A stretch of 62,494 nucleotides of DNA from Planctomycetota bacterium (GTDB taxonomy: Bacteria; Planctomycetota; Phycisphaerae; SM23-33). The notes beneath the pieces were generated by a model. It was not told the DNA's origin and did not search any database. It saw only the letters and a list, made by a program, of their open reading frames with translations. Position numbers and translations under genes: made by a program. The stretch lies in contig JAPLNA010000206.1 in assembly GCA_026693065.1 (NCBI GenBank), positions 1-62,494 on the forward strand. Direction: 5' to 3'. This document shows positions 1 through 7,690 of the stretch, in pieces; the first letter of the stretch is position 1, and every line of letters begins with the position of its first letter.

Positions 1-2
1 GG

Positions 3-122
3 CAGGCGGCGGACCTGCCGGCGGGGTTCGAGCCGACGTGCCTGGTGGCGATCGGCCATCCGGTCGGACAGCCGCCGGCCCCGCGGCGAAAGGCTATCGA
101 GCACATTGTGGAGTACAGGTGA
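3..122 (+). CDS. 3' end of a nitroreductase-like gene (partial, runs off the left edge)
   Basis: Frame 3 reads ...DLPAGFEPTCLVAIGHPVGQPPAPRRKAIEHIVEYR then TGA at 120-122. The LVAIGHP-type C-terminus is typical of the nitroreductase family. Only 39 residues are visible. Confidence 0.35.
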   Translation, partial: QAADLPAGFEPTCLVAIGHPVGQPPAPRRKAIEHIVEYR

Positions 123-126
123 GGCT

Positions 127-537
127 ATGACGGAACAAGAAACGTTCGAGAAACTCCTGCCCCTGCTCCGCGAGGTCACCGGCGCCCGGGCCGAGCAGGT
201 CACCATGGCCAGCAACCTCATGGACGACCTGGGGGCCGAGTCCATCGACCTGCTCGACCTCAGCTTCCTGATCGAGGAGGCCTTCGGCATCACGATCGAG
301 GCCGACGAGTTTGAGCGGCAGGCGACGGAGCAAATCCCCGACGGGCAATACGAACGCGACGGGCTCCTGACGGCCGAGGCGCTCGAGGAGCTCAAGAAGG
401 CCCTGCCCGAAGTGCCCGCGGAGAAGTTCCGCCCGGGGCTCAAGAAGATCGAGGTCCCGTCGGTGCTGAACGTGGGGGTGTTCGTGCATCTCATCCAGCG
501 CAAGGTGGCGCAGAAACAGGAGGCGGTCGATGCTTGA
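127..537 (+). CDS. Acyl carrier protein with an internal ~45-residue insertion
   Basis: ATG at 127 is preceded by AGGTGAGG. The motif DDLGAESIDLLDLSFLIEEAFGI matches the ACP phosphopantetheine-Ser helix II region. The product is 136 aa versus ~78 for a canonical ACP. The stop overlaps the next start. Confidence 0.8.
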   Translation: MTEQETFEKLLPLLREVTGARAEQVTMASNLMDDLGAESIDLLDLSFLIEEAFGITIEADEFERQATEQIPDGQYERDGLLTAEALEELKKALPEVPAEKFRPGLKKIEVPSVLNVGVFVHLIQRKVAQKQEAVDA

Positions 538-1264
538 GGGCAAGACGGCATTCGTGACGGGCGGCAGCGGAGCGGTCGGGTCGGCCATCGTGCGGGTGCT
601 GGCGCGCGAAGGGGCGCGGGTGGCGTTTTCGTTCCACTCGCACGGTGAGCGGGCCTCAGCCCTGGAGGCCCAGTGCCGGGCCGACGGGCGGCTGGTGAGG
701 GCGTATCCGCTGGACGTGCTGGACGCCAAGGCGTGTCAGTCGACCGCCAAGGCCGTCGAGGACGAGGTCGGGCCCGTGGACGTTCTGGTCAACAACGCCG
801 GCGTCACGCAGGTGATGCCCTTCGCGATGATCGAGGAGAAGGACTGGGACCAGATGATGGACGTGAACGTGAAGGGGATGTTCCTGGTGACGAAGGCGTT
901 CGCCCGCGGGATGATCCGTCGCAGGAGCGGGGGCATCATTAACATGGGGTCGCGGGCGGGCATGCGGGTGCTCGATGTGCCCGTGCACTACGCGGCGGCC
1001 AAGAGCGCGGTGACGGGGTTCACGCTCTCCCTGGCCCGGGAGCTGGGGCGGTACAACATCCGCGTCAACGCCGTCGTGCCCGGCATGCTGACCGGCGGGG
1101 TCAGCGACAACGTGCCGCCCAAGCAACGCGACAAGTACAACGAGTTCTGCTGCCTTTCCCGGGCGGGCGAGCCGGCGGAGGTGGCCGAACTGGTGGCCTT
1201 CCTGGCCAGCGACCGAGCCGGCTACGTCAACGCCCAGTCGCTCTTCGTGGACGGGGGCATCTGA
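530..1264 (+). CDS. Short-chain dehydrogenase/reductase, 3-oxoacyl-ACP reductase (FabG)-like
   Basis: TGGSGAVGSAI Rossmann motif, NNAGV, and the YAAAK catalytic Tyr-x3-Lys. Overlaps the ACP stop by 8 nt and the next start in a TGATG junction. Confidence 0.9.
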   Translation: MLEGKTAFVTGGSGAVGSAIVRVLAREGARVAFSFHSHGERASALEAQCRADGRLVRAYPLDVLDAKACQSTAKAVEDEVGPVDVLVNNAGVTQVMPFAMIEEKDWDQMMDVNVKGMFLVTKAFARGMIRRRSGGIINMGSRAGMRVLDVPVHYAAAKSAVTGFTLSLARELGRYNIRVNAVVPGMLTGGVSDNVPPKQRDKYNEFCCLSRAGEPAEVAELVAFLASDRAGYVNAQSLFVDGGI

Positions 1265-1725
1265 TGAAGTTCCGCATGGTCGACAGGATCCTCTCCTGGC
1301 AGGCGCGCCAACGCATCGCAGGCGTCAAGGCCGTCTCCTTCGAGGAGTACAGCCTGAAGAGCCCCTGGGGCGCCCCGCCGGCCCTGCCCGAAAGCCTCGT
1401 CATGGAAAGTCTCTTCCAACTGGGCAACTGGCTCATCGTGCTGTCCTCCGACTTCACGCGGATGGGCCTGCTCGTCCGCCTCGAGCGGGTCGAGTTCCAC
1501 ACTCCCCTGCGGCCGGGGGAGAGTCTCCGCATGGACGTCGAGGTCGTCAGCTTCCGGGACGACGGCGTGGCCTTCCACGGCGAGGCCTCCGCGGGCGGGC
1601 GGCTCGTCGCCGCCGGGCGGGGTTGCCTGGCCCGGCCGGTGGCCCTGGAAGACTATTGCAGCCCGGCGGACCTGCGGGTGTTGTTCTCGGAACTCCACAG
1701 GCCCCTCGCCGAAGGAGGGGCCTAG
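1264..1725 (+). CDS. Hotdog-fold protein, FabZ/FabA-like, without the canonical catalytic His
   Basis: FRMVDRIL...GVKAVSFEE...ALPESLVMESLFQ aligns by eye to FabZ FLLVDRV...KNVS.NE..F.GHFP...PGVL.iEAmaQ. The Glu position is kept, but GHFP is replaced by SPWG. Confidence 0.6.
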   Translation: MKFRMVDRILSWQARQRIAGVKAVSFEEYSLKSPWGAPPALPESLVMESLFQLGNWLIVLSSDFTRMGLLVRLERVEFHTPLRPGESLRMDVEVVSFRDDGVAFHGEASAGGRLVAAGRGCLARPVALEDYCSPADLRVLFSELHRPLAEGGA

Positions 1726-1727
1726 CC

Positions 1728-3137
1728 ATGGCGCGGCTGGACGAACGGGACTACACCTACTTCACCACCGTCCGCGGCATGTGCCGCCGCTGCCGCCAGG
1801 TCGTGCCCGCGCGGGTGTTCTTCCGGGGCGCCCAGGTCTGGCAGCAGAGCCTGTGCCCGACGTGCGAGAACCCCCCGGCCCTGATCGCCGCGGACAAGGA
1901 CTGGTATCTCAAGTCGCTGCTCCAGCCGATGCCCGACCGTTCGCCGCTGGCGGCCTCGCACGCCCCGGCGCGGGGGTGTCCGCACGATTGCGGCCCGTGC
2001 GCGTTCCACGCCTCGCCCTGCCAGTTGCCCGTGCTGTCGGTCACCAACGCGTGCGAGCTTCGGTGCCCCATCTGCTTCACCTACAACCGGGCCGACCGCA
2101 TCTACCACATGCCCGTCGAGGAGATGCGCCGGACCGTGGACTGGATCGTCGAGGCTTCCGGGCGCGTGGATCTCATCAACGTCACCGGGGGCGAGCCGAC
2201 GTTGCACCCGCGGATCCTGGAGATCCTCGACTGCGGCCGCCGCCCGGAGATCGGGCGGGTGACGATGAACTCCAACGGGCTGCGCCTCGCCCAAGACAAG
2301 GCCCTCTGCCGCGAACTGGCCGACCGCAACGTGTATGTGATCCTCTCGTTCAACACGTTCGACGCGGACGTGAGCCGGCGGCTGCACGGGCAGGACGTGG
2401 TGGCGGCGAAGCGAAGGGCGATCGACAACCTGACGGCCGCCGGAGTGCGGATGACGCTTCTGAACGTGATGGTTCGCGGGGCCAACGAGGACGCCGTCGG
2501 CGGGCTCTGGACGCTGATGCGGGACAACGAGAACATCCTGAGCCTGACCGTGCAGACGATGACGTACACCGGCCAGGGGGGCGGTCGGTTCGGCCGGGCG
2601 GAGCACATCCCCGTCGACGAGGCCGCCCGCATCGTCTGCCGCCAGACCGGCGGGGAGTTGGAGTTCGACGACTTCATCACGAGGCCCTCGGCCCACCCGC
2701 TGTGCTACCTGATCTGCTACGCCCTGAAGACGGAGGCGGGCATGCTGCCCTTCACGCGGTTTTCCGATCGTGGACGGCTGGGGGGCTTGATCGCCGAGTC
2801 CTACTTGGTCAGGCCCGTGGCGGGGCAGGAGTTCTTCACCGACGCGGTCAACCGGCTGTACGCCGACGGGCGCGACGGGCCGTTGCGGGCGCTGCGGGCG
2901 CTGGTGGAGCGGCTCTATCCGCCCGGGCAGGCCCTGGGGGCGTTCGACCGCCAGCGGACCGCCGAGTCCGCCGTCCGCACCGTCTACCTCCACGCCCACA
3001 TGGACGAAGACACGTTCGACTGTTCGCGTGCGATGATGTGCCCGGACCTGGTGCCAGCCGAGCCGGGGCGGCTCGTGCCCGCCTGCACGTACAACCTTTT
3101 CTACCGAATGCAGGATGAGCGATTCCATGTTGAGTGA
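1728..3137 (+). CDS. Radical SAM protein with N-terminal CxxC...CxxC zinc-ribbon/rubredoxin-like module (Tes / GDGT-MAS-like architecture)
   Basis: CRRC...CPTC, then CPHDCGPC, then the radical SAM triad CELRCPIC (Cx3Cx2C), a GGEPTLHP SAM-binding motif, and a Cys-containing C-terminus (FDCSRAMMCPD...LVPAC). The ATG lies 2 nt after the upstream stop. Confidence 0.85.
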   Translation: MARLDERDYTYFTTVRGMCRRCRQVVPARVFFRGAQVWQQSLCPTCENPPALIAADKDWYLKSLLQPMPDRSPLAASHAPARGCPHDCGPCAFHASPCQLPVLSVTNACELRCPICFTYNRADRIYHMPVEEMRRTVDWIVEASGRVDLINVTGGEPTLHPRILEILDCGRRPEIGRVTMNSNGLRLAQDKALCRELADRNVYVILSFNTFDADVSRRLHGQDVVAAKRRAIDNLTAAGVRMTLLNVMVRGANEDAVGGLWTLMRDNENILSLTVQTMTYTGQGGGRFGRAEHIPVDEAARIVCRQTGGELEFDDFITRPSAHPLCYLICYALKTEAGMLPFTRFSDRGRLGGLIAESYLVRPVAGQEFFTDAVNRLYADGRDGPLRALRALVERLYPPGQALGAFDRQRTAESAVRTVYLHAHMDEDTFDCSRAMMCPDLVPAEPGRLVPACTYNLFYRMQDERFHVE

Positions 3138-3693
3138 CGACGACCGCCGCCGGATCAAGAGCGAGAAACGGGCCTTCCGCGACTGGTGGGCCGGCGACCG
3201 CCGCGAGCCTTTCGTTCTCCCGCGCCGCGAGAACTACGGCGTCTGCGCCGTCATCCTGCCGGGCCCGCTGGCGAACCTCGCCCTGGGCCTGCGGTACGTC
3301 GCGATGCTCGTCATCGGCAGGATGCTGACCTCCTGGGTCCGCGTGAGGCTCTACCGGCTGATGGGCGTTCGGATCGGCCGGGGAGTTTACATCGCCCCCG
3401 GAGTATTCCTCGACGCGTTCTATCCGCGGCTGATCGAGCTTGAGGACGGCTGTTTCCTGGGCATCGGCTGCCGGCTGCTGGCGCACGAGTACACGACGGC
3501 GGCCTTCCGCGTCGGCCGCGTGCGAATCGGCAAGGGCTCGGTCATCGGGGGCTGGTCGATCGTTCGCAGCGGCGTGACGGTCGGTCGGGGCGTCACGACC
3601 GGGCTGGGCAGCGTGGTCGTCGCCGACGTGCCCGACGGGCTGACCGTCGGCGGCGTGCCCGCCAAACCCCTCAAGGGCAGGGAGTATGCCTGA
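3115..3693 (+). CDS. Left-handed beta-helix (hexapeptide repeat) acyl/acetyltransferase with N-terminal membrane segment
   Basis: Hexapeptide repeats IGRGVYIAPGVFL, IGKGSVIGGWSIVRSGVTVGRGVTTGLGSVV and VGGVPAKPL. Hydrophobic stretch VCAVILPGPLANLALGLRYVAMLVIG. The start is uncertain (3115 or 3127) and overlaps the upstream gene. Confidence 0.75.
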   Translation: MSDSMLSDDDRRRIKSEKRAFRDWWAGDRREPFVLPRRENYGVCAVILPGPLANLALGLRYVAMLVIGRMLTSWVRVRLYRLMGVRIGRGVYIAPGVFLDAFYPRLIELEDGCFLGIGCRLLAHEYTTAAFRVGRVRIGKGSVIGGWSIVRSGVTVGRGVTTGLGSVVVADVPDGLTVGGVPAKPLKGREYA

Positions 3694-4709
3694 TGGGCTT
3701 TCTGGCCAACTACGTGCGGAACCTCGCGAGCCTGGCGGCCGGGCGAACGCCCCGGCGGCCGCTCCTGTTCTCCTATTACCTCACCCACCGCTGTCCGCTG
3801 GCGTGCCGCTATTGCAGCGACGGGCAGGGGCGGCCCTTCAAGGAGGATCTCGTGGAGGAACTCTCCACCGGCCAGGCCCGCGAGCTGATCGACCTGCTGC
3901 GCCCCGACAGCGACACGCTGGACATCACCGGCGGCGAGCCGATGTGCCGGGGCGATCTGGAAGAACTGCTCTCGCACGCCCGGCGGGTGGGCTTCCGCAC
4001 GGTGCTGAACACCAAGGGCGCCGGCCTGCCGCAACGCCCGGACCTCATGCGTTTGTCCGACGTGCTGGTCCTGAGCGTCGACTCGCTGGATCGGGCCCGC
4101 CTGGCGGGGATCCTGGGCGGCCCCCCGCACGCCGCCCACGACGTGCTGGAGGCCCTGCACTGGGCCCTCGCCAACCGCGGGCGATACAAGAGCCAACTGG
4201 TCCTGTCCGCCGTCGCGATGGCCGACAACCTCGACGACGTCTCCGACGTCCTGCGGCTGGCCGTCAGTCATAAGCTGATGTTCCAGGTCTCCCCACACAT
4301 CGTCGGCACGGCGGTGCACCCGGGGCTGATCGGCAACGAGCGATTCGTCGCCCTGATGGACGAGGCCATCGCCGCCAAGGCCGCCGGCGCCGGCGTGCTG
4401 GGCGTGTTGCCCTATCTCCGCGGCCTGCGGGACGGGCGCGACTACACCTGCCACCCGCTGCTCATGCCCACCATCCGCCCCGACGGCGCGGTGAACCTGC
4501 CCTGCCTGGAACGCCCCCGCGAACGCGTGAGCGTCAAGGACGCCGGCGGCTATCGGCGGACACTCACGCGCGCGAGGCTGGCGCACGCCCGGACCTGCGA
4601 AGGGCGCGGGAATTGTCGTATCTTCTGCCACATGGCCCTGTCGTTGCTGCAGCGGCGGCCGCTGGCCGCCCTGCGGGAACTGGCGAGCTGGAGGACCACA
4701 CCATGCTGA
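3693..4709 (+). CDS. Radical SAM protein (~338 aa) with Cys-rich C-terminal auxiliary-cluster-like region
   Basis: CPLACRYC (Cx3Cx2C), GGEPM SAM motif, and C-terminal YTCHP...PDGAVNLPC...TCEGRGNCRIFC. TGATG overlap with the upstream stop. Confidence 0.85.
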   Translation: MGFLANYVRNLASLAAGRTPRRPLLFSYYLTHRCPLACRYCSDGQGRPFKEDLVEELSTGQARELIDLLRPDSDTLDITGGEPMCRGDLEELLSHARRVGFRTVLNTKGAGLPQRPDLMRLSDVLVLSVDSLDRARLAGILGGPPHAAHDVLEALHWALANRGRYKSQLVLSAVAMADNLDDVSDVLRLAVSHKLMFQVSPHIVGTAVHPGLIGNERFVALMDEAIAAKAAGAGVLGVLPYLRGLRDGRDYTCHPLLMPTIRPDGAVNLPCLERPRERVSVKDAGGYRRTLTRARLAHARTCEGRGNCRIFCHMALSLLQRRPLAALRELASWRTTPC

Positions 4710-5731
4710 CCGCGCTGCAAAAGGAACTGCACTACCAGTACCGGTGCCTGCGGCTCTCGCGGAACCTGCTGCTCAAGCGGATGCTCCACTGCAACCTGCA
4801 GGTGACCTATCGGTGCAACTTCGAGTGCCAGATCTGCGACTTCTGGAAGCCCGAGTATCAGAAGACGCACGAGTTGTCCCTCGACGACATCCGCCTGATC
4901 GGGGCCAGGCTCAACCGCCTGGGCACGCTGATCATCTCCCTGGCCGGCGGCGAGCCGCTGATCCGCGAGGACCTGCCCGACGTCATCGCCGTCCTGAACA
5001 AGGCCAATCATTTCCCCATTCTGATCACCAACGGCTGGTACGTGGACGACGCTCTGGCCAAGGCGATCCTGCGGGCGGGGTTGCAGGAGATCTCGGTGTC
5101 GGTGGACTACGCCGACCCGGCCCGGCACGACGCCCAGCGGGGGCGACAGGGGGCGTGGGACCGCGCGGTGAAGGCGCTGGAGCTGCTGCACAAGAACCGG
5201 CCCGACAAACGCAACCGCGTCCACATGATCAGCGTCCTGATGGACGACAACCTCGAGGACGTCGAGCCGCTGATCCTGCTGTCGCGCCAGATCGGCGTGA
5301 CGTACATGGTGAACCTCTACTCCTGGAACCGCGGGACGAAGAACCCCCGCCTGCCCGGCGCCCGCGTCACCGAACACCTGCTGGCCCTGAAACGCAAGTA
5401 CCCGGAGTTCATCACGCTCACCAGCTACCTCGAGCAGTTCGACAACGCCATCGCCGTCGGCGGGATCGGCGACTGCCAGACCGGGCGGCTGCTGATGAAC
5501 ATCAACAACCACGGCCAGGTAGCCCGCTGCACCGAGACGCTCGACGAACCGGTGGGCAATATCCTGACCGACGACGTCAAGCTCCTGCACCGGCGGCTGC
5601 TGGAGGTGCAGCGGACGAAGTCCTGCGCCCAGTGCTGGACGAGCTGCCGGGGCTTCGCCGAGTGCATGCACAAGCCGCCGCGGTGGCGCCAATTCCGCGA
5701 GTTCTTCATCTCCGTGAGGCCCCGCGCATGA
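4703..5731 (+). CDS. Radical SAM protein (~342 aa) with SPASM/twitch-like C-terminus
   Basis: VTYRCNFECQIC (Cx3Cx2C), AGGEPL, and C-terminal GDCQTG...HGQVARC...KSCAQCWTSCRGFAEC. The ATG at 4703 overlaps the upstream TGA (ATGCTGA). Confidence 0.85.
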   Translation: MLTALQKELHYQYRCLRLSRNLLLKRMLHCNLQVTYRCNFECQICDFWKPEYQKTHELSLDDIRLIGARLNRLGTLIISLAGGEPLIREDLPDVIAVLNKANHFPILITNGWYVDDALAKAILRAGLQEISVSVDYADPARHDAQRGRQGAWDRAVKALELLHKNRPDKRNRVHMISVLMDDNLEDVEPLILLSRQIGVTYMVNLYSWNRGTKNPRLPGARVTEHLLALKRKYPEFITLTSYLEQFDNAIAVGGIGDCQTGRLLMNINNHGQVARCTETLDEPVGNILTDDVKLLHRRLLEVQRTKSCAQCWTSCRGFAECMHKPPRWRQFREFFISVRPRA

Positions 5732-7053
5732 AGACCCTGGGCATGACGCATTCCGTCTGCGGCCGGTGCCGGCAGGTGATACCCGCCAAGGACGGGCGGG
5801 AAAAAACCTTCGTCCACGGCGACGTCGAGCAGTACCTCCGCGCCCAGCGGTTCGTCAAGCCCGCGTGGGCGCCGCTCGAATTCGCCGGCCAGGCCTCCAA
5901 GCCCTGCCCCGAAGGCTGCGGGATGTGCTCCCGGCACGAGCAGCACCTGTGCATGCCGATCGTCGAGATCACCGCCCGCTGCGACCTGGACTGCCCCGTC
6001 TGCCTGGCCTCCGCCGGGCGGGATTGGGACATGTCGCTCGATGAATTCCGCCGCCTGCTCGACGGGCTGATCCGCGCCGAGCGGCAGGTCGATATCCTTA
6101 CCCTCTCGGGCGGCGAGCCCCTGGTGCACCCGCGGATCCTCGAGTTCCTGGACGAACTGGCCCGCCGCCCCGCGATCGTCCGCGCGAGCGTCTCGACCAA
6201 CGGGCTGTCGCTGCTGCGGAATCCGCAACTCCTGCCCGCCCTGGCGGCCCGGAACGCCGTCGTGTCGCTTCAGTTCGACGGCTTCGACGACGGGGTGTAC
6301 CGAACGCTCCGCGGCCGCGACCTGCTGGCGCAGAAACTCCGCATCCTGGACCTTCTGGCCGAATCGGAGGTGACCACGTCGCTGACGGTGACGCTGGCCG
6401 GCGGGGTGAACGAGCCACAGCTCGGGCCGATCCTCGACTACGTCTTCTCGCACCGGCACGTGGTAAGTCTGATGATCCAGCCGGTGGCGTTCGCCGGGCG
6501 GGCCCAGGGCATGCCCGGACGCGAGGATCGCCTGACGATCCCCGACGTGATCGGCCTGCTGGGCGGCACGGGGAAGGTGGCGACGGAGGACTTCGCCCCC
6601 CTGCCCTGCAGCCATCCGCTGTGCTTCTCGCTGGCGTACTACCTCATGCTCGACGGGGGCGGCAGGGCCCCCGTCAACCGCCTGGTGCAGGCCGACGGGC
6701 TGATGGACTCGCTGAGCAACCGGACCGTCTTCGGGCTCGACGAGGAGGAGCACGAGCGGCTCAAGGACATGGTGTACGACTTATGGAGCGGCCCGGCGGG
6801 CACGGCCCCGGATGCCCAGGCCGTCCTGGACACGCTGCGAAACATCCTGGGCGAGATGAGCGGCGCGTGTTTCGACGCCCGTCAGGCCTTCACCGTCGCC
6901 CAGCGACGGATCAAGTCGGTTTTCATCCACGCCTTCCAGGACGCCGACACGTTCGACCTGGCCCGCGTCCGCCGCTGCTGCAACGCCTATCCGCAACCCG
7001 ACGGCCGACTCGTGCCCGCCTGCGTGCACAACGTGATGGGAGGCCGGCCATGA
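5728..7053 (+). CDS. Radical SAM protein, paralog of 1728-3137, with a truncated N-terminal Cys module
   Basis: CGRC, CPEGCGMC, radical SAM triad CDLDCPVC, GGEPLVHPRILEFLDEL (compare GGEPTLHPRILEILD in the paralog), and C-terminal FDLARVRRCCNAYPQPDGRLVPAC. ATGA overlap with the upstream stop. Confidence 0.85.
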   Translation: MKTLGMTHSVCGRCRQVIPAKDGREKTFVHGDVEQYLRAQRFVKPAWAPLEFAGQASKPCPEGCGMCSRHEQHLCMPIVEITARCDLDCPVCLASAGRDWDMSLDEFRRLLDGLIRAERQVDILTLSGGEPLVHPRILEFLDELARRPAIVRASVSTNGLSLLRNPQLLPALAARNAVVSLQFDGFDDGVYRTLRGRDLLAQKLRILDLLAESEVTTSLTVTLAGGVNEPQLGPILDYVFSHRHVVSLMIQPVAFAGRAQGMPGREDRLTIPDVIGLLGGTGKVATEDFAPLPCSHPLCFSLAYYLMLDGGGRAPVNRLVQADGLMDSLSNRTVFGLDEEEHERLKDMVYDLWSGPAGTAPDAQAVLDTLRNILGEMSGACFDARQAFTVAQRRIKSVFIHAFQDADTFDLARVRRCCNAYPQPDGRLVPACVHNVMGGRP

Positions 7054-7679
7054 AGGACTTCCTCGCCCGCGTCATCCGCCGCCATGGCTCGCTGATGGTC
7101 AACGTGTTCCTGGTGGTCGCGCTGGGGCGGTACGCGGCCGTGAAGGCGTGGGAGGCCTGGCAGGCGGGGGCGTTCGACTTCGTCGAGGCGGCCTTCGCCG
7201 TCAACAACGTCGTGATGCTGACGTTGATCCTCATCCGCCGCAGGCACGTCGCGATCGACCGCGGGGTCTTCCACCAGGCCGTCGCGCTCGTGGCGTTCTT
7301 CTCGGGCATCGCGTTCTTCAAGCACCCCACCCCCTGCCCACCCGCCCTGCCCGCGGGGTTCATGATCGCCGCGATGGCCCTGGGCGCCCTGTCGCTGCTG
7401 AACCTGGGGCGGAGCTTCGGCATCCTCATCGCCGTCCGCCAGGTCAAGACGCACGGCCTCTACCGCCTCGTCCGCCACCCGATGTACCTGACGGAAATCC
7501 TCTGGCGTATCGGCTACGTCGCGGGCAACCTGTACTGGCCCAACGTGCTGATCTTCCTGGCCTCGTCGGGCTGCTACGTCTACCGGGCGATCCTGGAAGA
7601 ACGATTCCTGGCCCGGGACCCGGAATACCGAGAATACATGCAGAGAGTCCGATACCGTTTTGTCCCAGGCGTTTTCTGA
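7050..7679 (+). CDS. Integral-membrane methyltransferase of the ICMT / phospholipid methyltransferase (PEMT) family
   Basis: Multiple hydrophobic helices plus GLYRLVRHPMYL...ILEERFL, the signature region of isoprenylcysteine carboxyl / PEMT-type methyltransferases. ATGA overlap with the upstream stop. Confidence 0.7.
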   Translation: MKDFLARVIRRHGSLMVNVFLVVALGRYAAVKAWEAWQAGAFDFVEAAFAVNNVVMLTLILIRRRHVAIDRGVFHQAVALVAFFSGIAFFKHPTPCPPALPAGFMIAAMALGALSLLNLGRSFGILIAVRQVKTHGLYRLVRHPMYLTEILWRIGYVAGNLYWPNVLIFLASSGCYVYRAILEERFLARDPEYREYMQRVRYRFVPGVF

Positions 7680-7690
7680 GGAACCTGCCC

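Noticed and set aside
1722-3158. 478-aa minus-strand ORF (and similar long alternative-frame ORFs at 1781-3118, 3420-4631, 4550-5692 and 5425-6753) overlapping the radical SAM operon
   Set aside because: These ORFs are extremely Arg/Gly/Pro/Ala-rich with no motifs. They lie antisense or out of frame to genes with clear catalytic motifs. Long spurious ORFs of this kind are expected in DNA this G+C-rich because stop codons are rare.
3693-5731. One of the ~340-aa radical SAM proteins serving as the missing activase of the glycyl radical enzyme at 24498-26642
   Set aside because: They lie about 19 kb away in a separate, tightly coupled operon. Their Cx3Cx2C motif is not at the extreme N-terminus as in PflA-type activases, and they carry SPASM/twitch-like C-termini. 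This cannot be excluded biochemically, but nothing in the sequence supports it.
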